NCBI RefSeq assembly: GCF_006345805.1
Contig: NC_043003.1
Coordinates: forward strand, 93,992,001 to 94,056,000
From: Octopus sinensis
Taxonomy: Eukaryota
Reading direction: 5' to 3'
DNA: 64,000 bases
The notes beneath the pieces were generated by a model that searched no databases, was not told the origin of the DNA, and saw only the letters and a list, made by a program, of their open reading frames with translations. A program made the translations under genes and the position numbers. Positions within the stretch are counted from its first letter, which is position 1; the number at the start of each line of letters is the position of its first letter. Of the stretch, positions 25,186 through 36,982 are shown in pieces.

Positions 25186-25920
25186 TTGCTAGAAACTACT
25201 TTAAGGAATTGTAGATGTTTTTCCCAATGCGTGCAACGGTAAACGCATTATTTAAACATGTTTACATGAGTATTTTTAGAGAAAAGGATGAAAAATTGAC
25301 CTTCTATACTGAGTGGACAAAAATATCTACTTTTTCATATTGGAAAGATCTAGATAGAATTTTCCATTCCAAAGAATTTGTTTATTATGTTCATTTATTA
25401 TATCCGCTCAGTATAGAAGAACCATTGTTCATCCTTTTCTCCAAAAATGTGCTTGTAAACACGTTTAAAGAATACGTTTACCGTTCCACGCATTGGAAAA
25501 AAAATACCTATAGGCCCTTTAAGTAATTTCTACCAATCATACTTTAACTTGTTTTCTTACATTTCATTTCCACTATATATATCTATTTCCGCACTTTTAA
25601 ACTTTATTCCCATTCGTCTCATATTCTATTGTTCCACTCTTAATTTTCTGTTAATTTCTTTCTTTCTCCTCCTTCTCTTTCTCTAATTTATATTTGACGT
25701 TAAATCGATTACCGGCTAGCATTCTCCTTTCATCATACATTTACGTATGTGGTAATCACATTCGGTTAAAATTGCTTAATGATATGTTTTGTTTCTTTCC
25801 TTCTCGACGACACGAATGTATTGTAGTACATCATCTTTATTCCCTCCGGAATAATCTCAATGCTTGTTTTGAAACATATGTTGGAAGTATAAATGGTTTG
25901 ACTGCATTTCTTAATTTATA
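24735..25920. repeat. About 1.2-kb diverged fold-back palindrome (arms about 24735-25325 and 25396-25920), HHR in each arm
   Basis: Blocks such as ccaatgcgtg.aacggtaaacg, gagaaaaggatgaa, tttccact..atatatctatttccgc, ggtaatcacattc and gaaacatatgttgga match in inverted orientation; (TA)n inserted in left arm at 25149-25182. Confidence 0.85.
24788..24874 (-). ncRNA. Hammerhead ribozyme with 60-nt stem II region; eroded inverted copy at 25800-25887
   Basis: ttct-CTGACGA-g...c-GAAA-CATATG-TT-ggag; palindromic stem III ACATATGT. Confidence 0.65.
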
Positions 25921-26020
25921 CATATATATATACATAAAGATATATATAATATACATAAATATACATATATATATATGTATATAAATATAAATATAAATAT
26001 ATGTATATAATATATATATA

Positions 26021-26058
<38 letters not shown>

Positions 26059-26061
<3 letters not shown>

Positions 26062-26257
26062 TACAGAAATAAATTTTTTATTCTCAAACGCCAGATAATG
26101 CTAATAAAATAGCGTGATCAGGATAAATTATCCAGACATTGCAGAAAAATACGTTACCGGTAACTTACTGTTCTGACAATCTATGGATAATTTATCCTGT
26201 TGACGCTATTTTATTAGAATTATTACGCGTTTGAGAATAAAAAATATTTCCATATCT
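26059..26257. repeat. About 200-bp imperfect palindrome between TA tracts
   Basis: ttttttattctcaaacgc..ctaataaaatagcgt..caggataaattatcca vs tggataatttatcctg..acgctattttattag..gcgtttgagaataaaaaa; spacer contains gttaccggtaac. Confidence 0.9.
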
Positions 26258-26312
26258 TTCACTACATCTCAACGCTTCTAAAGGAAACTTTGTTTACTTC
26301 ATCGTAAGTTAT

Positions 26313-26393
<81 letters not shown>

Positions 26394-26436
26394 CATACAT
26401 ATATTTATACATACATATACATACATATACATATAT

Positions 26437-26469
<33 letters not shown>

Positions 26470-26820
26470 TACATGAACCTTATATTAACCTAATTCTAAC
26501 CTAATATATATTAACCGTTCAAGTAATCACACCCCTCAAATTAAAATGCACTAGTGCGTAGCTTTAGTCAGAGAATTTCTAGTTTATCCTCTAACGAGGA
26601 AATTTTTAACAAGCATTGTGATAGATACAATACAGCATTACTTAAGGCAGGATATAAAAGTAAGATATGGTTTATACCTAGGGGAACCCTCCTAATGGAG
26701 GTGGAACTATAGGAACAACACCAATAGATTTAGGATAAACAATAATAAAATAAGAATAGAAAAAATAGAATATATGATAACACCTATAATAATTGTAGAG
26801 GTGATGTTAACCTCGGAAAG

Positions 26821-27954
26821 GTGAACGGTAGCTTAAATAGATCTGAGCAAACTGGTAATAGTAGTAATATTAATAATAATATACATATTAAAACTTATGG
26901 TAGACATGATAATGGTAAAGTTTACTTGCGTAATAATCATGGGAATATTGATATAGATAGATATAACAATGACGATGGTAAGAATAGTAAGCTTATGGGT
27001 TGGTCTAGGAATAGGATTTTTACAAATAACAATAATTCGATAGGCAATCCTAATTCTGATAAGGATACACTCTGGCTGATTATCCCATATGCAATGCAGA
27101 TTAAAACAAACATAGTGAGAGCTTTGCATAATGTTATATTTAGGCATTTTGGTAAGGATAAGAATAAATTTAGTCCTTTAATTAACAACAGTACTGTTAG
27201 AGTGGGATATAGCATTACTCATAATCTAGCCACCATTATCTCCTCTTTTAATAACAGGAAACTGGATTACTTCTATAAGAATAGAAAATTGAATTTAGAC
27301 AATGGTAATTTGCCCCTCTTTAATAATAATAGTAATAGAAACTTTCTTGGAACTAATGTGAACAACCCCCTTACTAATTATGAGTGCACCGTACCTGCTA
27401 GTGATAATATAAATATAATAGATGATACTACTACTACCAATACTAGTACTAGTGATAGGAATATAGCCAATAATGTGAAATTAACTCATTCGTTGATTTT
27501 GGGTTTGGATGATGATAACAATTGTAACACTTATAATGTGAATGGTGGTACAGGGGTGGGGACCAATCTTAGATTACCTCATTCTGTTAATCTTTGTAAT
27601 TTCAGAAACAGAAATAAATGTGTGTTTGGTAATCAATGCCTCAGGAAGGAGGTAGTTTACCAATGCACTGTAGATACACAATTGAGTAGTAGGGTGTACA
27701 TCGGGGCAACTATGAATAGCATAAAACAGAGATTGAATTATCACAGATATACTTTTAGAAATAAAAATAGAATGTACTCCACAGGGCTAAGTGCATACAT
27801 CTGGGAACTTAAAAGTAAGAACTTAGATTTTAGATTAAACTGGAAAATACTAACTTCAGCACCTGTGTATAATGGAAAAAATAAAAAATGCTCTCTATGT
27901 ATTAATGAAATTTTTTCATTATTAAAGCGGGTAGGCAAATTATTAACAACATAA
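26821..27954 (+). CDS. PLE linker + GIY-YIG endonuclease ORF (377 aa, no ATG start, Asn-rich inserts); part of a truncated element
   Basis: WLIIPY..IKTNI..HF..INNSTVRVGYS..NL..IIS.FN; CNFRNRNKCVFGNQCLRKEVVYQCTV..VYIGATMNSIKQRLNYHRYTF..STGLSAYIWELK..NWKIL..CSLCINE. Confidence 0.75.
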   Translation: MNGSLNRSEQTGNSSNINNNIHIKTYGRHDNGKVYLRNNHGNIDIDRYNNDDGKNSKLMGWSRNRIFTNNNNSIGNPNSDKDTLWLIIPYAMQIKTNIVRALHNVIFRHFGKDKNKFSPLINNSTVRVGYSITHNLATIISSFNNRKLDYFYKNRKLNLDNGNLPLFNNNSNRNFLGTNVNNPLTNYECTVPASDNINIIDDTTTTNTSTSDRNIANNVKLTHSLILGLDDDNNCNTYNVNGGTGVGTNLRLPHSVNLCNFRNRNKCVFGNQCLRKEVVYQCTVDTQLSSRVYIGATMNSIKQRLNYHRYTFRNKNRMYSTGLSAYIWELKSKNLDFRLNWKILTSAPVYNGKNKKCSLCINEIFSLLKRVGKLLTT

Positions 27955-29310
27955 ATGAAAAAACTTTTTTTGCATTCATAGACTACCGTTCACCTTTTCT
28001 AGATTCAAATAGAACTTAGCACTTCTACTATTAATAATTTTTTAACTCCCTTCTATAACTAACTATACTAGTGGTCTTCTATAATTCTAAAGTATGCAAC
28101 TTATAAATTTATAATTTTATAATTTTATAGCTACATTTGTATAATGATAATAGATGTGTCTAGTATTAATTGTTTCTGTTTTTTATATGTGGTTTTTTTC
28201 TTGTTTTTAAGGGAAATGCAATATGACATGAATAACATATTCATTTTGGTATTTGCCTTGTAATATGTGATTTTTGAAGTTTTCTAATATTGCATAGTAT
28301 ATATGTATATCTTGGTTAGATACCTAGCTCTTGATAATGTAATGCTATTGTGTAGTATGTAATTTATGTGAGCCTTTTATGAGTTTGGTTTGTTTAGGTT
28401 GAGAATCTAGGTTTTTTGTATGTGTTTATTTGGCAGGTTTATATTGTATATTTGGTCTTTCTTTGTACTCACCTTAATTTGTATCTTATGTTATTTACTA
28501 ATAAACTTTTTCATTTACAAACATTTGGCTTTATAAATATTACCAGCCTTATATATTTAGTTTATATCTATTGTCTTCTGGATCTGTACTTTAAATTATC
28601 CTTCCATACAGGTTTGCTTTCATCAATATAATATATATATTCACTTTATTTTTTATTTTATTGTAATTGTATCTATCTCTGCATTTAGTCTTCTAATTAT
28701 TTATTTATTTGCTTATTTAAGTGTAAATTTATACATACATATCAAGTCATCTAAGTTGTTATCTATTTATTTTTTACTTACTTACTTATACAAGTGTAGT
28801 TTTATACATACATATCTATCATTTATTTTAATTTTAATAATATATGAATACATATATACTGGTTTGTACTTATAATATGTGTGTAACCGTAATTATTCCT
28901 TCTTATTTAGTTTATCACATTTTATCTTAAGTATTTATAATATATATATCTTTTAAAATTTCTGTGATGTTCTTATATACGATTGCATTAGTACTTCCCC
29001 ATGTTGATATTATTTAATGCCTAATCTGGTATATTATGGCATTGAATTTATTAAGTAAAAAAGAGATATATTTATAATATATAAATTAATATATATTTTA
29101 TAACTTAGCGTACTTGGAATCGTAACAAACTTACGGTAAATCTAATAACCGGTATGTTTACTATGCAATAAACCGGTGTTATAATCTAAATAATCATTAC
29201 CTAGTGGTCAGAATTTCTAAACTCATAGTTATTTCGATCTTGAAAGGATGGACTTGGTGCATACATAACTGTATCTATTATTAATATTATTATTATTATT
29301 ATTATTATTA

Positions 29311-29384
<74 letters not shown>

Positions 29385-29706
29385 TAATAGTAATTTTTAT
29401 TGACTTTTATAGCTTTATAATTTTATGAACTGAACCATGGTTTTAATTATTATTTTTCATCTCCTATGTGTTAGTTTTTAAAACTATTAGCCAAATATGT
29501 ATAATAACTGTGCTTATTAATATTAATATATACACTGATATATATTTTGTTTCATTTTGTTTTGTTTACCTTGCATTATTGTACCTATGAGTATTATATT
29601 ATATAAGTGTAGCATTATGAAGTTTATGCATAAGTTTTTATGTTTTACATTTTTATATTTTTATATTTATATGTATATGGAAAAATAATTTTTTCACAAT
29701 TATAAC

Positions 29707-29833
29707 AAATTTAATTCTCTGAAGAGGCCGTGGGGCATCCTTGTTAATGCCTCATTTATACCTGCCTTTATGGCTTATAGGTTAAATGAGGTATGACTGC
29801 CCTTGCTGCCGAAACAGCTGTCAGTTATGATTT
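29707..29833 (+). ncRNA. Hammerhead ribozyme with 85-nt hairpin in stem II
   Basis: CTGAAGA 29719-29725, ggc/gcc, GAAA 29811-29814, CAGCTG, TC; stem I only partly paired. Confidence 0.65.
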
Positions 29834-29994
29834 AATTACATATTATATTTGAAATTTTATACTTATATCTCTTTGTCTATTTACATTTACTGTATATTTT
29901 GTATAATGCCTTTACTGATATGTAATGGTGTAATAAAATATTGATTGGGTATCATCTGATAGTTGATGTTTTATTGATTTAAGTATGTTTCTCC

Positions 29995-30045
<51 letters not shown>

Positions 30046-30046
<1 letters not shown>

Positions 30047-31358
30047 TAGCAGAGATACTCGGTGTTTCCCGTGTTACATTCAATTGAAGAATTAGACTTT
30101 TCTGTTATATTTTCTGTAATGAACTAGAATATCTGTTTCGAATTTCATCAAAATTGCAGATGAGGGTTATTTCCCTCTTTACCCCCACCCCCACCCCCAA
30201 AATTGTAATCGTGCCACATGTATCCTATACTACTGATTTTTATGAGCATATTCCTAAATTCCAGTCTTATTGAACCTGTTAAAATGATTTTGCACTTGAA
30301 AAATGAAGGTCATGGAGCTCAAAAATGTGAGAGTTAAGCCCCCTGTTGGGGGTGGGTGTTTTAATGTCAAGCAGGGAAGTTGAATTGTTGAGAATCTTTT
30401 TTACTTGGGTCTTATATCTATCGTTTGAATTTCTTTGAAATACGAAATATATGTTCACTGGGTCTGTAAAAGAGAGAAAAGCTACCGGAAACCAAATGAC
30501 GAATGATCCCAATAAGCAGTCAGTTACCCTACCTTTGTTGTTACCACTCCCAATGTAGGATTCCTCACCATCCAGGTGACAGGCACAGCCGTAAGATGCA
30601 TTACGAATCTATAGTAATTGGAAGGGCGTGACCCAACTGAAATAGACATTAACAACTGTGTAACGTGAGGGCTTAGGAGAAATGAGAGTTGGAGTTTGCA
30701 AATGACCAGTATACTGATACGTAACTGGACAGAATAAATTTACAACCTATAAATGTCTTTGAATAACCAGTCACTCATCTGGGAAGGCCTTGAAATCAAT
30801 GTTACCATCTGGAGACTATGTGTGACCCAGTGATAATAAAAAGACTGAAAGAAGGTCTGCAATCAAATAACTTTACTCAACACTTTGCAACTGAATCAGT
30901 GGAGGCAAAGATGCTTCTCATTTACTTGACAATTTATGCACCACATTGCAAAAATCACAATGTAAGTGTATGTCAAAGCAAAGTGTTATACTGTTGTACC
31001 ATTGAATTACAAATAATGCTCATCTTTTATGCTCGGGTAACCCTACAGCTTCCAAGACTATAACTATATTCGTCTTTGCTTAGATAAAATGACAAAATTG
31101 TGGGTGTTAAGTCCCCATGGAGGGGTCTTTCTAACTTATAAGAAGATGAAATTTTATAAATATTATTTCATTTTGTGTAATATCTGTGATTAAAATTTCA
31201 TCAACAGCACAGATATATGAATTGTCATTGGGGGTTATGGCCCTTATGCATAGAATACAATTTCCAAATTACATAAACATCCATTCAGTACTTTTGAACT
31301 AGTTTTGGATCATAAAAGAAATGACTAAAATTTGGAGTTAAGGCCCCCATTAGGGTGT

Positions 31359-31365
<7 letters not shown>
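30046..31365 (-). mobile_element. Helitron derivative with decayed PIF1-like helicase remnant
   Basis: Minus strand ends hairpin (cacggg..ccgag) + CTAG/T; decayed motifs VGLPEHK, NGT, IITGSH, QL...FSWVT (cf. SGLPPH, CNGTR, GQLYVAFSRV). Confidence 0.55.
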
Positions 31366-31439
<74 letters not shown>

Positions 31440-31529
31440 TATAGATCGATAGATATATAGATAGATGGATAGATAGGCATAGATATAGATATAGATACAC
31501 ACACACATATACAAAGATAAATTGATAGA

Positions 31530-32192
31530 TTCAACTGAGTTGGCAAACAAAGATATGAGCCTAGTGCTTTTTTATGTTGATAAGCCTGGTACTTATTCCA
31601 TTAGTTTGTTCTTGTGAAACCAGTAATTTGTGGGGATGAAATAAATGAACAGCATTTGTGAAGCGGTGATGAGGGCGAAACACAGAGACAATGACACACA
31701 CATACACTTACATATATACATACATATTTATATATACGATTGTTTTGTTTCAGTTCCTGTCTACGAAATCCATTTATATATATATATATACGTGTGTGTG
31801 TGCGTGTATACACACACGCGCGCGCGCGCACAAAGATTAATTGATAGATACAACTGAGGGGTCAAACAAAAATATGAGACACTGCCTAGTGTTTTTTTTT
31901 ATTTTGATAAGCCTGGTACTTATTCTTTTAGTTCCTTCTTGTAAAACCAGTAAGTTATAGGGATGTAAATAAACGAACACCAGTTGTGAAGCAGTGATGA
32001 GGGAGAAACACAAAGACACACACATAGACTTACATATATACATATATACACAATTGATTTCTTTCAGTTTCTGACAAGGCTTTGGTTGGTCTGAGTGTAT
32101 AGCAGAAGACATATGCCAAGTTACCACACAGTGGGACTGAACTCAGGACCATGTGCTTTGGAACCAAGTTTCTTACCACACAGCCACACCTC
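31530..32192 (-). mobile_element. SINE family A, locally duplicated in tandem
   Basis: Two diverged 3' halves (31530-31775, 31830-32060) sharing the flank caaaga..ttgatagat.caactgag; head at 32060-32192. Confidence 0.65.
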
Positions 32193-32489
32193 CACCTATG
32201 TATATGTTTGTGTGTGTGGATGTGTGTGTATGTGAGTATGGGTGTATATATGTATGCATGTATATATGTGTATATATATGTGTACATATTACATGTACAT
32301 CTATACATCTATATCTATAGAAATACATCTATACATATACATGTATACATATAAATCTATATATATACATATATATATATATATACATCCATATATATAC
32401 ATGTATATATATATATATATTTATATATATATACATACACATATATATACATCTATATATATGCATCTATATGTATACATCTCTCTCTT

Positions 32490-32541
<52 letters not shown>

Positions 32542-32650
32542 AATACATGTAAATTTAAATTTAAAATAATAAGGATGAAAAATTGAATATACATTTGATT
32601 AGTATGAATTTAAAACCAGTGGTGTAGCATACAAGAGCATAGCGGATCTT

Positions 32651-32980
32651 CTAGCAGAAGGGATGTCCAGTTACAGTTCATCCCTGTTATATTCTAGTTT
32701 CACTTTAATTAATAGTTTCAGTATTAAAATGAAAGTATCTGACATTACAATAGAGACATGTTTTTCTTTCACTTTTGACACGTAATACTGAAATAGTGGA
32801 GAAGATATGATATTGTTGTGGGCTCTCCATAGGCAAGAAGCTAAAACATGTTTGTGCCCATGACACTATATGGACCCTAAGTAAGGCATGTGTAAAATTT
32901 GAATGAAATTGGTTGAGGAGTTCTCAAGTTTTAGGGATTCCCACAGACAGACAGGCAGATACACATTCTCAGTTTATATC

Positions 32981-32985
<5 letters not shown>
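32651..32985 (-). mobile_element. Non-autonomous Helitron-type element
   Basis: CTAG at 32651; other end cagacagacaggcagatacacattctcagtttatatctatata resembles the 2429-2805 element. Confidence 0.5.
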
Positions 32986-33066
<81 letters not shown>

Positions 33067-33095
33067 TGTATGTATGTATGTATATGTATAAAGAA

Positions 33096-33256
33096 ATGTG
33101 GCTGTATGTTAAGAAGTTTCCTTGGAAACCACATGGCGCATAGTTCAGTTCCACCTCGTAGTACATCGGCCAGTTCTTTTCTGTTCTAGCGTCGGAACCA
33201 CCAAAGCTTTGTAAGTGGACTTGATAAGTTGGAAACTGAAAAAAACCCATCGTGTA
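33096..33256 (+). mobile_element. SINE family A, diverged 5' half
   Basis: tggctgtatgttaagaagttt..tagttcagttcc..ggaaactgaaa. Confidence 0.65.
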
Positions 33257-33289
33257 TATATATATATATATATATATATCAACGAAGAT

Positions 33290-33780
33290 AGCCACTGCGT
33301 TCCGTGAAGGTAGAGTCCAAAAGAGTACGAAGATGCACTGGTAATCCGGGTGGAATGCTAGTATGTGAAAGAGGAGAAGGGCTGAAAGGTCTCGAAGTGG
33401 TTAAGATATGCAAGCCCAAGAGAGTGGGAAGTTCAGCCAGGATCAAACTGGGGTAATCACGTGAGTGTATAATATGTAGTTCAAATTTATAGGAAAACAA
33501 GGAAGTGTATTAGTTTGAGACTCAGGGTAAATGGAAAAGTGTTATAGCTTTTGAGCCTACGCTCTTCGACAGAAAGGAATAAGAGGAAATAAAAAGAGAT
33601 ACAATGTAAAAAACATGTTGAGTTCAGTGGCCCAACGTAGCGAATGATTGGGAAAAATAGGTCGAATGAAAGCGCGAGAATAATAGAGGTTGAATGAGGG
33701 AGTGAGTAATCCCAAAAAGAGGAGGTGCGCAAGCGTGTGTGTGTATACGTGAAACTGGTTTGTGTGACTGTGTAAGTGTA
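33290..33780 (-). mobile_element. Probable PLE 3' fragment with eroded CTGTCGA-type HHR (about 33541-33577)
   Basis: Minus strand cctttCTGTCGAAGAGCGTAGGCTCAAAAGCTATAAC; same family motif as 55992-56029. Confidence 0.5.
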
Positions 33781-33807
33781 TATGTGTGTGTGTGTTACTG
33801 TGACACT

Positions 33808-33975
33808 CTAGGCACAAGGACTGAAATTTTGGGGAATGGGGCCAGTCAATTACATCGACCCCAGTACACAACTGGTATTTAATACATCGAGCCCGAAATT
33901 ATGAAAGGCAAAGTCGACCTCGGTGGAATTTGAACTCGGAACGTAAAGACAGACGAAACACCGCTAAGTATCGCA
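33808..33975 (-). mobile_element. SINE family E
   Basis: gaaaggcaaagtcgacctcggtggaatttgaactcggaacgt. Confidence 0.75.
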
Positions 33976-33984
33976 GCTTTAAAT

Positions 33985-34640
33985 CACCTCGGAATATTGC
34001 CTTTGAAATATTTAGAACATTAGGAACGTTTGTTCCGCTTTCATTTCAAATTGTAAGAATTGATGCGCATGCCTTTGAGAGCCTCTCAATGGTAGCAATT
34101 AAGTAGCAGGTATTTTTGCGAAATGTAGAAACTTCAACAGCCACGATTAGTGAATTAGAGTCGAACGCCTCCCTATAATCAAGCTATACTGTTGTAAGGC
34201 TCCCACGATACTTTTTCACTTCAGATAATACAGCTTTATCAAAAGTTGTTCGACACGCTTTCTTAGACCCTTCTCTTCTTAGTACCTTCTCTTCTACCCG
34301 CTTATCAAACATTATATTGTGGGACTTGCAATGATCCTGGAGGAATTGGTTGAGACAGTTGTTTTCTGCCATCACAATGGTTTCTGTCTTGTCTATAAGA
34401 TTTATCTGTGCTTTATCAAGCCAACTTTGTATGTCTAATCTGATCTTACATAGCTGTTGTATATACAGACAGCTAGTAAGTGTCTTCCTGGTGTCTCCCC
34501 AGTATACAGTTTGCTCATAGCCATGGTGAAAGTTTCCAGGTAAGTTGCATATGTTTGACTCTTAATATAGGTACAATATTCTCTCCTTACTTTATTTAGC
34601 CACGACGCATTATTATCGAGCAGTATACTCCTAATCATAG
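33985..34640 (-). pseudogene. Decayed R4/Dong-like RT remnant
   Basis: TFDKAVLSEVKKYRGSLTTV*LDYREAFDS...ISKAIFRGD (cf. INKAI..AWIDYKKAFDS..RGIFQGD). Confidence 0.6.
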
Positions 34641-34780
34641 CACCCCCCACACAGAAACATATATAGAGATACATGCATATATATCTATTTATTTATCTCC
34701 CTCTCTCTCTCTCCTTGTATATATATATATATACACATATTATATGCATAGATATATGTATATATATGTGAATATATATA

Positions 34781-34837
<57 letters not shown>

Positions 34838-34838
<1 letters not shown>

Positions 34839-35163
34839 TGAGACACCCTTCGGTCATGACACTGACCATGAGATTGCACCTAGAAAGTTACCCTCCCAGG
34901 CACAAGTCTGGGCAAGGTTGTTTTTGGAAGACTAGCAGTTGCCTATGCATACCAGCCTTCCCTCTCCACACCACTGATGTTATCCAACGGAAAGGCAAAG
35001 GCCGATAAAGCTTGGCACCTGTGACATCGCAAATCATTTCTACAGTTGAGCGAACTGAAGCAACGTGAAATAAAATGAAATAAAGAACACAACACGCAAT
35101 CAGGTCCGAGATTCGAACTCACAACCTCATGATTGTAAGCTCGACGCTTTAACCGCTGAGCCA
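34838..35163 (-). mobile_element. SINE family C, full-length
   Basis: Minus strand tggctcagcggttaaagcgtcgagcttacaatcatgaggttgtgagttcgaatc tRNA-like head. Confidence 0.85.
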
Positions 35164-35171
35164 TATATATG

Positions 35172-35292
<121 letters not shown>

Positions 35293-35465
35293 CACACATA
35301 CATATATAGGTATATACGTACATATATACGTATATATATGATTATAAGGAAAAAATATTTTCTCCAATGCATAGACTTCACTTTGAAGTATTAAAGATAT
35401 TCAAACCTTAGGCGTTAGAATAATATATACTTATACGTATATACATATATATATATATATTATAT

Positions 35466-35515
<50 letters not shown>

Positions 35516-35558
35516 CACACACACAACATATATATATATATGCGTATATATATATACG

Positions 35559-35599
<41 letters not shown>

Positions 35600-35702
35600 C
35601 GTATATATACACGCACATATATACTTGTATATATATATATGTAATATATATATATACATATATATATGTATATATGTATATATATATATGTGTGTGTATA
35701 TA

Positions 35703-35754
<52 letters not shown>

Positions 35755-36151
35755 CATGTATGCATCTACTATATGTACCTTATCTTGACCATTTAATCTG
35801 CAATCACTAAACTATACTACTTTAAAGGAGCCATAAAGCAACGTTTATCGTAAACAACCCTTCAATTTCTACCTTCGTTAGCTTTAAAGAAAGCTAGTAC
35901 TTATCTCTAAAACAAAAGTGAAAAAATATATATAGTGTGATATCCGATTTCCCAAGATATAATTTATTGTATTTGTCTCAGATATTCACAATAACGTGCT
36001 TGATTTGCGGAAAATAAGTTGTTTAGTGAATAATTAAGTATTATATATTTTTACATATATTGTTTCGTGCTTCGTTGTTTCTTGTATTGTGTAATGATTA
36101 TAAATTTAGAAGTAAATTTGAAAAGGTGAAAATGTTACTATATATGTATGT

Positions 36152-36196
<45 letters not shown>

Positions 36197-36802
36197 ATAA
36201 TTGATATGTTACAGGGATTTTTCCTTTTTTTGTTTCTCCCAAATATAAAACAAAAATTTCTTCACAATATTTTTTTGTGTTGTTGTTAAATGGAATTGTA
36301 ATTTTCGATCCGCTTCCATAGTAGTTTGTATTTGCCAAGTTAACAATGAGGTAATGATCTTTATTATTCATCTATGAAATAGGTTTAGTTCTTTTTTGTT
36401 ATGTATTTTGCTCCTATTGACGGATGTGTTTTTGCAGAATATATTGTATTCAAGATAAAAGTGATACCATAATAACAGATATTGATTTATTTTGAATTGA
36501 AAGAAATTCTGCTCAAGAGTACTATAAAACAATATAAAAAAATATATTCGATTCTTTTGAATAGTTAAAAGAAATGTATTTATCGAATGTTGCAAGCTGT
36601 TATTCTATGTTTTCTCTGGGGGAATGAAGAGCAAATTGATCAAAAAAAGAAATTGAAACCGGTTTTCATACACAGGTAAAGAGCATCATATCCTTTGCTC
36701 TAAGGTAACGTATTCACTGAATCCTTTCATTTTAGGGAATTTCAGGACAATTAAGCGGAGGATTGCAACTTATGTGACTTTCCTAAGATATTAGTAGCTT
36801 AA

Positions 36803-36982
36803 CCCCTTACCCAACACTTATTTTGAATATAAATGTATTTTTTCAGACATATTTTTTAATTGTTTTATTTTTTAATTGTCAATTTTGGCGAGTCTATCTT
36901 TTGACGAGTTAACTCGCCAGAGATAGAAAAAAAAAACCGATTTAGGTCAAAATGCATATATTCGTTTCTGCCGGGTAAGGGG
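36803..36982. mobile_element. piggyBac-type MITE (180 bp)
   Basis: TTAA-ccccttaccc ... gggtaagggg-TTAA: 10-bp perfect TIR and TTAA duplication. Confidence 0.8.

Larger units (their letters stand above)
26470..30000 (+). mobile_element. 5'-truncated Penelope-like element (probably Naiad-type): RT thumb, linker, GIY-YIG, 2-kb 3' UTR with HHR; between (TA)n tracts
   Basis: PNSNLIYINRSSNHTPQIK..SFSQRISSLSSNEEIFNK...YNTALLKAGY at 26490-26670, then the 377-aa ORF, then HHR at 29719-29822. Confidence 0.8.

Noticed and set aside
26170-26210. HHR in the 26.1-kb palindrome
   Set aside because: CTGACAA is present but there is no GAAA or stem III.
29726-29810. SECIS element in the HHR stem II hairpin (some Naiad-type PLEs are reported to encode selenoproteins)
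   Set aside because: No AUGA/GA quartet in the right register, no apical AA, and no in-frame TGA in the 377-aa ORF.
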